The translations under genes and the position numbers were made by a program. 64,000 bases of DNA. Source: Chitinophaga pinensis. GTDB lineage: Bacteria > Bacteroidota > Bacteroidia > Chitinophagales > UBA10324. Position 1 is the first letter of the stretch, and the number at the start of each line of letters is the position of its first letter. The notes under the pieces were generated by a model, which worked only from the letters and a program-made list of their open reading frames with translations, ran no database searches and had not been told where the DNA came from. This document shows, one piece after another, positions 1 to 9,967 of this stretch. The DNA lies in assembly GCA_945903305.1 (NCBI GenBank), contig CAMDOA010000008.1:1041-65040 (forward strand). Direction: 5' to 3'.

Positions 1-89
1 TCAACTATCACCTGTCTTTTCTGCAATATTAAGCATATTCAAATAAAAACTAAATTCAAAAATGCAAAAATTCAATCTTCACAAAGCAG

Positions 90-194
90 AATTACACATC
101 TCAAGAACAGAAATCAACATCTGAAGAACGGTATTACAGACATAGCAAACACTATTACACACATAAAGAACAGTATTACACACATAAAAAACCA
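90..194. repeat. Tandem repeat: five copies of a 21-nt unit (consensus tATTACACACATaAAGAACAG)
   Basis: Units read directly: 90-110 aattacacatctcaagaacag; 111-131 aaatcaacatctgaagaacgg; 132-152 tattacagacatagcaaacac; 153-173 tattacacacataaagaacag; 174-194 tattacacacataaaaaacca. Lies just 3' of the truA stop codon (211-213, minus strand). Confidence 0.85.
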
Positions 195-210
195 TAATTG
201 CTCTCTCAAA

Positions 211-1035
211 TCAATCAATAAGCCCCGTTTTTATCTCTGAGTACCGAATGGTTTCAATCAACGGTTCAGGAAAATAACCTTCCGGATATTTTACTGCGGT
301 TAGTGTTAATCCATTTGCCGGCGCAGAGAAATCTGTTTTCTGATTCACGGAACTGTTGAGCAATTTTATAAAATTTTCTTTCGATAGTTTTTGTCGTCCG
401 CCGGCAATCATGGTTGCCACCAAACCTCTCACCATGCCACGAAGAAAACGATTTGACGAAACATAAAAGGTGATGATCTTTTTTTCTGCATCCACTTTCC
501 ATTCTGCTTGCGAAATGGTGCATATGGTTGTCTTGACTGTTGTTCTTCGCTTGCTGAATGCTGCATAATCTTTATGCTCGAAAAGCAATTGCGAAAAATC
601 ATTCAGAATATTTACATCGAGTTTGTAATACGGATAGAAGCAAGCTGTCTCAGCGATGAAAGGATTTTTTTCGTAACTCAAAACATATTCATAGCTGCGA
701 GAAATTGCATCGAATCGCGCGTGACTTTTCATTCCCATCTTGAAAATATTCCGCACGGCAATATCTCTTGGCAACAGGAAATTCAACTTGCGCAAAAAAT
801 CATTTTCAATTTCTGCAATGGTTTCGAAGTGCAGAAAATTTTGCCGCGCATGGACCCCTGCATCGGTGCGACTGCTTCCCATGGTGGTAATATCTTCACG
901 AAGAATGGTGGAAAGTTTTTCGTTTACATATTGCTGAACAGAAGTTCCGTTTTTCTGAATCTGCCAGCCGTGATAGTTTGTGCCTATGTATGAAAACTCC
1001 AGGAAATATTTTTGATACTCTTTTTCCTCAGACAC
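211..1035 (-). CDS. truA: tRNA pseudouridine(38-40) synthase TruA
   Basis: 274-aa ORF. Has YIGTNYHGWQIQ near the N-terminus and the catalytic-Asp motif SRTDAGVHA. GTG start, TGA stop. Confidence 0.95.
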   Translation of the reverse strand: MSEEKEYQKYFLEFSYIGTNYHGWQIQKNGTSVQQYVNEKLSTILREDITTMGSSRTDAGVHARQNFLHFETIAEIENDFLRKLNFLLPRDIAVRNIFKMGMKSHARFDAISRSYEYVLSYEKNPFIAETACFYPYYKLDVNILNDFSQLLFEHKDYAAFSKRRTTVKTTICTISQAEWKVDAEKKIITFYVSSNRFLRGMVRGLVATMIAGGRQKLSKENFIKLLNSSVNQKTDFSAPANGLTLTAVKYPEGYFPEPLIETIRYSEIKTGLID

Positions 1036-1039
1036 TTAA

Positions 1040-1375
1040 TCAGAATTTTGCTTTGGAAAGTTCTTCTTTTAAATGCGGAAGGTCTAACTGGATGATATCC
1101 CAGATTCGTTCGTAGTTGACTTCAGAATAATCATGAATGATTCTGTTTCTGAATGCCTTCATTTCTTTGAATTGAATAGCCGGGTTAGATTTTTGAAATG
1201 CTTCAGAGAACCTTGTTGCTGCTTCTCCAATAATTGAAAAATTTCTGATTACAGCATCCTGAGTTTTTATATCATCGACAAATTGAGTAAAGGAAATTCC
1301 TGAAATATATTTTTCTATTCTTTCAATACATCCAAGAATATCTTTTACGAGCAAATCATTTTCACGCTTGGACAT
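1040..1375 (-). CDS. HepT-like (DUF86/HEPN) toxin of a type VII MNT-HepT toxin-antitoxin pair
   Basis: 111 aa. RNRIIHDY matches the Rx4HxY HEPN motif. Overlaps the upstream nucleotidyltransferase gene by 14 nt. Confidence 0.85.
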   Translation of the reverse strand: MSKRENDLLVKDILGCIERIEKYISGISFTQFVDDIKTQDAVIRNFSIIGEAATRFSEAFQKSNPAIQFKEMKAFRNRIIHDYSEVNYERIWDIIQLDLPHLKEELSKAKF

Positions 1376-1673
1376 ATTGAAGTTCGTTCATGATTTGTGA
1401 AGAAATTTCTTTTATACGCATGTGCTTCACACCTAAAGGTGAAAGTATATCTACTTTTCTTTCTAATTTATTTTCTAGGTAATCTGCTAAATGAAAAAAA
1501 CCAAATCCAATTGGCTTATTAAATTCAATTACCAAATCAACATCACTCTCCGGTGTAACAGTATCGCGAACGAATGAACCGAATAAACCAATCCGCTCCA
1601 CGCCATATTCTTTTTGTAGAAATGGAAGTTCCTGTTTTAAGATTTTAATGAGTGAATTTTTATCGCTAATCAT
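1362..1673 (-). CDS. MntA-like minimal nucleotidyltransferase (antitoxin partner of HepT)
   Basis: 103 aa. GLFGSFVRD...ESDVDLVIEF matches the GS-x-R ... DxD minimal nucleotidyltransferase signature. Gene order is MNT first, HepT second. Confidence 0.85.
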   Translation of the reverse strand: MISDKNSLIKILKQELPFLQKEYGVERIGLFGSFVRDTVTPESDVDLVIEFNKPIGFGFFHLADYLENKLERKVDILSPLGVKHMRIKEISSQIMNELQYVQA

Positions 1674-1686
1674 TCTGTAAAATTAC

Positions 1687-2883
1687 TTACAAGCTTTCAT
1701 AAATAATTGCAGCACCTTGTCCAACTCCAACACACATTGTTGCCAAACCATATTTTGCTTTTCTTCTTTTCATTTCGTGAATGAGTGTTGCAGAAATGCG
1801 TGAGCCGCTGCAACCAAGCGGATGTCCGATGGCAATCGCTCCACCATTCACATTAATTTTTGATTCATCCAATTTCAAATCACGAATGCACGCGATTGAT
1901 TGCGATGCAAATGCTTCATTCAATTCTATCAAATCAATATCATTCATTTTCAAACCTGCCCGTTGCAATGCTTTTTGTGTTGCGGGCACCGGGCCAATTC
2001 CCATATAAGCAGGGTCAACTCCTGCTGCTGCACTCGTAACTACTCTTGCAATCGGAGTGAGATTCATTTCTTTCACTACAGTTTCGTTGGCAAGAATTAA
2101 ACACGCTGCTCCATCATTTATTCCGGAAGAATTTCCGGCTGTAACAGTTCCGTCTTTTTTGAAAGCAGGTTTTAACTGGGATAATTTTTCTATCGATGTC
2201 AATCGTGGGTGTTCATCTTTTTCAAATGATTTTACTTCACCTTTATCATTGCAATAATTTACAGCAATTAATTCATCGGCAAATTTTCCTTCTTCATGCG
2301 CTGCCAAATATTTTGCTTGTGATGAATGTGCGAAACGGTCTTGTTCTTCGCGATTGATTTTCCATTTCTCCGCCACATTCTCTGCCGTTTCCCCCATGGA
2401 ATACGGATAATATTTATCGGCTAATAATTTATTTGTGAATCGCCAGCCAATTGTGGTGTCATAAATTTCTGTCTTGCGACTGAATGGGCTATCTGATTTC
2501 GCCATTACAAAAGGAGCGCGGGTCATGCTTTCTACTCCGCCTGCAATATAAATTTCTCCTTCACCACACTTGATGGCACGGGTTGCCTCCATCACAGATT
2601 GCAAACCACTTGCACAAAGCCGGTTGACTGTTACACCTGCAATTTCAACGGGTAAACCAGCCAGCAACAATGCCATACGCGCCACATCACGGTTCGATTC
2701 GCCTGCCTGATTTGCATCACCGAAAATCACTTCTTCAATTCGTTTCAAATCAATATTGGGATTGCGCTCAATAATTTTTTTTATCACCAGCGCCGCCAAA
2801 TCATCTGGACGAACTGAACTTAAACTGCCTCCATATTTTCCAACAGGAGTTCTTAAGGCATCAATTACAAATACTTCTTTCAT
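1687..2883 (-). CDS. Acetyl-CoA C-acetyltransferase (thiolase)
   Basis: 398 aa. Active-site Cys region NRLCASGLQS. C-terminal thiolase signatures NVNGGAIAIGHPLGCSG and MCVGVGQG. Confidence 0.95.
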   Translation of the reverse strand: MKEVFVIDALRTPVGKYGGSLSSVRPDDLAALVIKKIIERNPNIDLKRIEEVIFGDANQAGESNRDVARMALLLAGLPVEIAGVTVNRLCASGLQSVMEATRAIKCGEGEIYIAGGVESMTRAPFVMAKSDSPFSRKTEIYDTTIGWRFTNKLLADKYYPYSMGETAENVAEKWKINREEQDRFAHSSQAKYLAAHEEGKFADELIAVNYCNDKGEVKSFEKDEHPRLTSIEKLSQLKPAFKKDGTVTAGNSSGINDGAACLILANETVVKEMNLTPIARVVTSAAAGVDPAYMGIGPVPATQKALQRAGLKMNDIDLIELNEAFASQSIACIRDLKLDESKINVNGGAIAIGHPLGCSGSRISATLIHEMKRRKAKYGLATMCVGVGQGAAIIYESL

Positions 2884-2938
2884 TGTTTATTGCTTGCGGG
2901 CGAAATTAAAACAGAACAGTTACAGAGTTCAAATGAAA

Positions 2939-3628
2939 CTAACCGAGTTCAAAAACATTCAATTCCAGGTTTCCACTCCAGACTATTCGACTTAAACTTC
3001 TAAATCCGGAATCATAAAACAGTTTTTCGAAAACCGGATTCTGATAAATAATGCAAATTCTCCTTGGCGATAATTCAAAACTCTTTCTGATATTATGAAT
3101 TACTTCCTGCATGGTCTTTTCACCAAACGGATTAAACATAAAAATCACATTAATTGAAACCGGAATATCAAATCTTGCTGCATCAGTATTCAATATTTCA
3201 AATTTGGTGTTATTAAACCGCTTACTGATTTCAGCACAGGCAATGGTGGCATTTTGCAAACCTTCCATATCCAAATCAATTCCTGAAACTTTATGAAAAC
3301 CGATACTTATCGCTGCGGCTAAAATTTTTCCAGAACCACAACCGATGTCTATGAAGTGGGAATTTGCAGCACTAATTTTTGCTTTTTTTATGCCTTTGAA
3401 AAATAAATAAAAAGAGCCATTTGTATTTCTGTGACTGTCCTTTAACATTGATTCTTCAATGGTATTTTTCAGATTGTTCTCAAGATTCGGAGTGTTTAAA
3501 TTAAGTTTCCGATCGTAGTAAAATTCAAACAGCAATAAAATTACTGAGTGATAAATTCCTCTTTTATGAGACGATACTTTAAGTCTTTTATAAAAATCGG
3601 ATAAAAAGTATTTTACTTTTTTAAGCAT
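2939..3628 (-). CDS. Class I SAM-dependent methyltransferase (substrate unknown)
   Basis: 229 aa. Motif I IDIGCGSGKI, followed by an acidic-loop pattern GIDLD. Confidence 0.7.
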   Translation of the reverse strand: MLKKVKYFLSDFYKRLKVSSHKRGIYHSVILLLFEFYYDRKLNLNTPNLENNLKNTIEESMLKDSHRNTNGSFYLFFKGIKKAKISAANSHFIDIGCGSGKILAAAISIGFHKVSGIDLDMEGLQNATIACAEISKRFNNTKFEILNTDAARFDIPVSINVIFMFNPFGEKTMQEVIHNIRKSFELSPRRICIIYQNPVFEKLFYDSGFRSLSRIVWSGNLELNVFELG

Positions 3629-3852
3629 TCAATCGAAATGGAAGAAATAAAAAAAATGGAAAAATCTGTTTGTTGGTTTCACAATAATACTATTCAAATA
3701 TTTCTATTTATCATTCAGCTTTCAGAAAATTAGACGGAGACTGCAATGGATTTGCACTGTTTTTGGAATTTTTTTTCACTTTCAAAAACGAAAAACTTAT
3801 TCACAACTATTCCACTTTGCTGCTCTCAACTTTTAATCTTCATTTTTGAAAT

Positions 3853-3860
3853 TACATTTG
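3853..3860 (+). promoter_or_regulatory. Putative Bacteroidetes-type -7 promoter box (TACATTTG) for carA
   Basis: Matches TAnnTTTG and lies 29 nt upstream of the carA TTG start. No experimental support. Confidence 0.35.
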
Positions 3861-3888
3861 CGCGGCTTCTAAAACCGCCTGTTTCAAT

Positions 3889-4986
3889 TTGAAAATTCCC
3901 GCAGTTTTATTGCTTGAAGATGGAACCGCCTACCACGGTTTTGCAGCCGGAAAAGTTGGTACTGCTTACGGCGAAATTTGTTTTAACACCGGAATGACCG
4001 GATACCAGGAAATTTTTACTGATCCTTCTTACTTCGGACAAATATTAATTGCCACGCATGAACACATTGGCAACTACGGAATAAAAAATGATGAAGTGGA
4101 AAGCGACTCGATAAAAATTTCGGGATTGGTTTGTCGTAGTTTCAATGTTACTTATTCGCGCAAGCTGGCGAATATGAGCATCGAAGAATATTTTCTCGAA
4201 CAGAATAAAGTGGCCATCACCGGAGTTGATACTCGCGCAATCGTGCGGCATATCAGAAGCAAGGGTGCAATGAATTGCATTATCAGCAGTGAGAATACTG
4301 ACTTGGATTCTCTGAAGAAAAAATTGAAAGAGGTTCCTTCAATGGCGGGACTGGAATTGAGCTCAGTCGTGAGCACAAAAGCTCCTTATTTTTTCGGAGA
4401 TGAAAATGCTTCAGTGCGGATTGCGGTATTGGATTTAGGGGTGAAGAAAAATATTCTGCGCTGCCTGAGTGAACGAGGTGCATACCTGAAAGTGTTTCCG
4501 GCAAAAACCAACATGAAAGAAATGGCTGCATGGAATCCAGACGGATATTTTATTTCGAATGGACCCGGCGACCCTGCTGCAATGCCTTATGCAGTTCAGA
4601 CAGTGAAAGATATTTTAGAGACGAAAATTCCGTTGTTCGGAATTTGTTTAGGTCATCAGATTCTTGCTGAAGCAACCGGAATCAGTACTTACAAAATGCA
4701 CAATGGTCACCGCGGTTGCAATCATCCGGTGAAAAATTTAATTACCGGTCATTGCGAAATCACTTCACAAAATCATGGATTCAATGTGAAGGATGAAGAA
4801 ATAAAAGATCACGCAGAAGTAGAAATCACACATGTGAATCTGAATGATAAAACGGTTGAAGGCATTCGCTTGAAAAATAAAAATGCATTCTCTGTTCAGT
4901 ACCATCCTGAATCTTCTCCCGGTCCGCATGATAGCCGTTACTTGTTTGATGATTTTATCACAATGATAAATAGCACTAAAAAATAA
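3889..4986 (+). CDS. carA: Carbamoyl-phosphate synthase small (glutaminase) subunit
   Basis: 365 aa. N-terminal CPSase small-chain pattern LLLEDGT...FNTGMTGYQE. Class I GATase elements GICLGHQ and QYHPES. TTG start. Confidence 0.95.
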   Translation: MKIPAVLLLEDGTAYHGFAAGKVGTAYGEICFNTGMTGYQEIFTDPSYFGQILIATHEHIGNYGIKNDEVESDSIKISGLVCRSFNVTYSRKLANMSIEEYFLEQNKVAITGVDTRAIVRHIRSKGAMNCIISSENTDLDSLKKKLKEVPSMAGLELSSVVSTKAPYFFGDENASVRIAVLDLGVKKNILRCLSERGAYLKVFPAKTNMKEMAAWNPDGYFISNGPGDPAAMPYAVQTVKDILETKIPLFGICLGHQILAEATGISTYKMHNGHRGCNHPVKNLITGHCEITSQNHGFNVKDEEIKDHAEVEITHVNLNDKTVEGIRLKNKNAFSVQYHPESSPGPHDSRYLFDDFITMINSTKK

Positions 4987-5010
4987 TTTTCAATTTTCAT
5001 TTCAATATAG

Positions 5011-6306
<1,296 letters not shown>

Positions 6307-6307
6307 G

Positions 6308-6343
6308 GATTTGAAAATTTGGTGATTTGAAAATGCATGAAGT
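6308..6343. repeat. Short 3'-flank element with doubled word gatttgaaaat, related to 47886-47909
   Basis: gatttgaaaat occurs at 6308-6318 and 6324-6334. The 13-mer atttgaaaatttg (6309-6321) recurs at 47887-47899. Both copies start within 5 nt of a stop codon (eno, yicC). Confidence 0.6.
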
Positions 6344-6398
6344 GTTTTTTTCGAAGTTCATCTTCAAATTTTCAATTCAATTTATCTCCCAATTATTT

Positions 6399-7274
6399 TT
6401 AGTGCGCCTGTGTTAATTCATGCTTTGAATTTGATAGTAATTCTCCATTCATATAAAACTTCACCACAATAAACTGATCGGGTTGCAATGGGTCATTTAA
6501 CGGCATGGTAAAATCATACTTGTAAGAATAATCACCCGCCGGTTGCAATAATCCGTTCACAATGTTTTTTACTAATTGTCCTGACTGATTATAAACTTTC
6601 AGTGAAATAGTTTTTGGTTTTTGAATTGTGTAATCAAATTGCCCTTCAATGTACCTGAATCGCGGACTTGATTTATTTACAGTCGGAGTATTCGTGTATG
6701 GAACTCCCTTCACTTTGCAAACAAATTTTCGCAACACACTCGCACTTGCCGTATCATCATCAGAATAAATAAAATCAGGATTATCATCATTGCTCAAACA
6801 CCACACTGCCTGCTGCGCCGTGAAGTCATACAGTTTTTTATCGCTGATTAATTTGCACAGATTAAAAAGATTCGCACTCGCTAATGAACCAAAAGAAAAT
6901 TGCGTATTCATGTTCGGTGCTCCATCGTGTGCTTCAGTACAAAATCCACGAATCTTTTTTTTCACTTCTTGTCCGGATTGCAGGGTGATTGCAATTACTT
7001 CACTCATCATAATTGTTTGCTGGTTGGTATCATCTGGCATCAATAATCTTCCTGGCGCTTCGTACAGATTTATTAAAGTTTTGCTGATGTTTTTTACACG
7101 AAGATTTATGCATGGCCCATAAAAAGAAGAAACATAAACCGAATCAGATTTGTAATCAATACCAGTGACTGTTACAGTTATCAGATTTTGCTTGAGGGCC
7201 TCAGAAAAAGTAATTCCGGTTGCATGAAGTTGTGCGGATGTTAGAAGCAAAAAGAGTGTGATTGCATTTTTCAT
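6399..7274 (-). CDS. Hypothetical secreted protein
   Basis: 291 aa. N-terminal signal peptide MKNAITLFLLLTSAQLHA. No recognised catalytic motif. Confidence 0.6.
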   Translation of the reverse strand: MKNAITLFLLLTSAQLHATGITFSEALKQNLITVTVTGIDYKSDSVYVSSFYGPCINLRVKNISKTLINLYEAPGRLLMPDDTNQQTIMMSEVIAITLQSGQEVKKKIRGFCTEAHDGAPNMNTQFSFGSLASANLFNLCKLISDKKLYDFTAQQAVWCLSNDDNPDFIYSDDDTASASVLRKFVCKVKGVPYTNTPTVNKSSPRFRYIEGQFDYTIQKPKTISLKVYNQSGQLVKNIVNGLLQPAGDYSYKYDFTMPLNDPLQPDQFIVVKFYMNGELLSNSKHELTQAH

Positions 7275-7317
7275 GTTGTAGATTTTTTTCTCAAACGATA
7301 AAAGTCAGGAATTTATT

Positions 7318-8532
7318 TCATTTCAATTTAAAAACATATCCGATTGATGCTTCTGAAAAATCTGCCTGACCAAAATTTGCATTGATGTGTGCCCCAATAA
7401 AAACATTATTACGCGGATTTTTTTTCGTGCTTATCAAATAATAGTTCAAACCCATTCGTGTAGCGAAAAACCCTTTGAGAAAATAAAATGGCTGTGCATC
7501 ATTTTCATACAAATCATTAAATCGAGCGTAAAATGGTTTCGAAATATTTATTCCACTTTCGATATCCATCCCGATATGGTTATATAAAAATTCAATTCCA
7601 GCAATGAATGTTACTGCAGAAGCATTCCATCGCGGATGAGTGATAAATAATTTTGATGAATCCTGCGTTAAAACTTCTGTCGGGTTATTCAAAATATAAT
7701 CATAGTAATGATCATAGAAACGATAATTAAATCCTACTCTGATACAAACATGTTGTTTGAAAATAATTCCCCCTGAAACAACTCCCGTCTTAACTAATTT
7801 CTTTGGACCATCGGTTGGTCCTGTAGTGCCGCCGAACTCATGATATCCCAATCCGAATCTTGATTGAAGAAAAAAATGCTTAGTGCGATCAACTTCAATG
7901 CCTCCAATTGATTTTGATTCATCCAGATTCAATGGAATCGGAAAATACCTTGCTGAAATACTTACCATCATTGAGTTGATTCCAAAGTTTGGTAATTGTG
8001 TATGACCATTTGATGCATGCAAGTATCCACCCCCAATTTTAAAATTCCAATGACTGCGTGTTATAAAATTTTTATAAATAAATGCTTCAAATGCCCAGGT
8101 AAAAGCTGATCCAATTGGTTCATTTATCGGATTCGAAATTTTATTATAATGCTTGGTGAAATAAGAAGCCCCTATTCCGAATTTGAAATGAACAGAATTT
8201 TTTAACTGCTTCGATGCATTAAAATCAATGAACGGAACAAAATCTATTTCTCTCCCGAATACCGAATCATTTCCAAGAATGGAATAAGCAAATGAAATTC
8301 CCGAGGAAGGGTCATTATAATATTTTGATGCCGGATTAAACTTTCGGTTATCATAAAATCCGAAATCCATAAAAAGTGTTTGCCGGTAATTAGATTTTGG
8401 AAAGCCGCTGTAGTTTTTCACAAGCTTACCAAGCATCAAATTTGGTTCGATGAAAAAAATCGACTTGGATTTTTTTTCGGTTGATTGAGCGTTTGCATGC
8501 AAAGCGAAAAATGAAAATTGAATAATCACCAT
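7318..8532 (-). CDS. Acyloxyacyl hydrolase / PagL-like outer-membrane lipid deacylase family protein
   Basis: HASNGHTQLPNFGIN resembles the PagL-type His-x-Ser motif. Beta-barrel-like alternating pattern. I place the start at the internal ATG 8532, which gives the signal peptide MVIIQFSFFALHANAQ. The ORF-track extension to 8646 runs through intergenic repeat words. Confidence 0.7.
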   Translation of the reverse strand: MVIIQFSFFALHANAQSTEKKSKSIFFIEPNLMLGKLVKNYSGFPKSNYRQTLFMDFGFYDNRKFNPASKYYNDPSSGISFAYSILGNDSVFGREIDFVPFIDFNASKQLKNSVHFKFGIGASYFTKHYNKISNPINEPIGSAFTWAFEAFIYKNFITRSHWNFKIGGGYLHASNGHTQLPNFGINSMMVSISARYFPIPLNLDESKSIGGIEVDRTKHFFLQSRFGLGYHEFGGTTGPTDGPKKLVKTGVVSGGIIFKQHVCIRVGFNYRFYDHYYDYILNNPTEVLTQDSSKLFITHPRWNASAVTFIAGIEFLYNHIGMDIESGINISKPFYARFNDLYENDAQPFYFLKGFFATRMGLNYYLISTKKNPRNNVFIGAHINANFGQADFSEASIGYVFKLK

Positions 8533-8542
8533 TAGCCAAAAA

Positions 8543-8603
8543 GGCACTAAGGCACTCAATCTTAATGCCCATACAAAAAAAATATTTGTGTCTTCGTGTC
8601 TTA
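8543..8603. repeat. Two doubled octamers (ggcactaa ggcactca; gtgtcttc gtgtctta) in the divergent intergenic region
   Basis: Read directly: 8543-8558 ggcactaaggcactca; 8588-8603 gtgtcttcgtgtctta. Confidence 0.7.
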
Positions 8604-8782
8604 GCGGTACGAAATTACTCTTCATTTCTACAGCATAAATAACCAAACTATCATGACTTTGAAAATGTTTACTGTCCTAACGCACCTTCAATTCACTTTG
8701 GTTTGTGTTGTTTAAAAAAATTATCTTGATATTTTCTATGCACTTTCTTCGTTATTTGTTGCAAGAAGAATTTTATTAACCC

Positions 8783-9127
8783 ATGGCCAAGAAAAGTAAA
8801 CTGACGAAATTGTATGTGAAGATTCGTAGCGGAAATATTCCATGGTACATGAAAAATAAATTCATGATTGCGTCAGCATTATTTTTAGTGTGGCTCACAT
8901 TCTTCGACAGGAATAATTTTATTGATCAATATAAATTGCACACACAGTTGAATGATTTGCGTTCGAAGAAAGAATATTATGCCGTGCAGATAAACATTGT
9001 GAAACAGGAAAAACAGGAACTCTTCACTAACATGGCAAGCTTAGAAAAATTTGCGCGCGAACATTACATGATGAAGAAAGCAAATGAAGATTTATTTGTT
9101 ATTGTATCTGACAAAAAGAAGGACTGA
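8783..9127 (+). CDS. Septum formation initiator (FtsB/DivIC-like) protein
   Basis: 114 aa. One N-terminal TM helix (FMIASALFLVWLTFF) followed by a coiled-coil-like segment. Size and architecture are typical of FtsB/DivIC. Confidence 0.55.
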   Translation: MAKKSKLTKLYVKIRSGNIPWYMKNKFMIASALFLVWLTFFDRNNFIDQYKLHTQLNDLRSKKEYYAVQINIVKQEKQELFTNMASLEKFAREHYMMKKANEDLFVIVSDKKKD

Positions 9128-9129
9128 AT

Positions 9130-9954
9130 TTGCAAAATGATTCAGTAGCTGCCGTTGGTTTTATCGGGCTGCTGATTTTTTTATTTCTCTACATTATTTA
9201 TTCGGTGTTGCGCGATTTGATTTATTTTTTCTTGATTCACTATGTCAGATTAATCAATCTGTTTATTTCAAAAGAAAAGCAACAAAACATTCTCAACGAG
9301 CTCAATAAAATTACTTACTACCAGAAGTTAAGTATGGTCGGAAAAAATTATTTTTTTCATCGGGTGATTGTGTTAATGATCAACAAAAATTTTTTTGGGG
9401 ATGGAATAAAAATGTCTGATGAAGTGAAATCTTATATTTCAGCATGTGCCGTGCAACTAACATTTCGCATTCGTGGATTTTATATTGAACACATACAACT
9501 GATTCGCGTTTTCCCGAAAGCTGTATGGTCTCAATTAGTGCAACACGATGTAAAAGGACTAACTACTGGTGGTGGGGTTATGTGGTTAAGTTGGCCTGAC
9601 ATAAAAAAAGGATTTGATTTTCCTGACGATGGAATCAACCTAGGTATTCATGAGATGGCACATGCTTTCAAGTTGACTCTTCGATGTGATAGTTCTTCAA
9701 GTCATCACATTTGTACGAGCATTACAAATTGGAGTATTGCATCAAAGCCAGCATTTATAAAACTACAGGAAGGAGACACTTCCTATTTCAGAAAATATGG
9801 AGCAACCAACATGGAAGAATTCTGGGCAGTGAATGTGGAATGTTTTTTCGAAAAGCCGGAAGAATTCATGAATCTGTATCCGGAAAATTATATTTCGCTG
9901 TGCAAAGTGTTTAATCAGAATCCGTTGAATAATAAGTTCGATTTTGCCTTGTAA
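9130..9954 (+). CDS. MtfA-like zinc metallopeptidase (M90 family), membrane anchored
   Basis: 274 aa. HEMAH zinc motif and downstream EEFWAVNVECFFEKPEEF, typical of the MtfA family. N-terminal TM helix. TTG start. Confidence 0.75.
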   Translation: MQNDSVAAVGFIGLLIFLFLYIIYSVLRDLIYFFLIHYVRLINLFISKEKQQNILNELNKITYYQKLSMVGKNYFFHRVIVLMINKNFFGDGIKMSDEVKSYISACAVQLTFRIRGFYIEHIQLIRVFPKAVWSQLVQHDVKGLTTGGGVMWLSWPDIKKGFDFPDDGINLGIHEMAHAFKLTLRCDSSSSHHICTSITNWSIASKPAFIKLQEGDTSYFRKYGATNMEEFWAVNVECFFEKPEEFMNLYPENYISLCKVFNQNPLNNKFDFAL

Positions 9955-9967
9955 TTTTTATATAGAA

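Noticed and set aside
508-993. Long antisense ORFs inside well-supported genes: 508-993 opposite truA, 4938-5267 opposite eno, 29344-29808, 45180-45554 and 28450-28821.
   Set aside because: They lie opposite strongly recognisable genes, have junk-like Cys/Phe/Ile-rich composition and carry no motifs. They are typical shadow ORFs in AT-rich DNA.
8533-8646. The N-terminal extension of the first PagL-like gene (MVIYAVEMKSNFVPLRHEDTNIFF...).
   Set aside because: The extension is a translation of the doubled-octamer repeat words. The internal ATG at 8532 yields a normal signal peptide.
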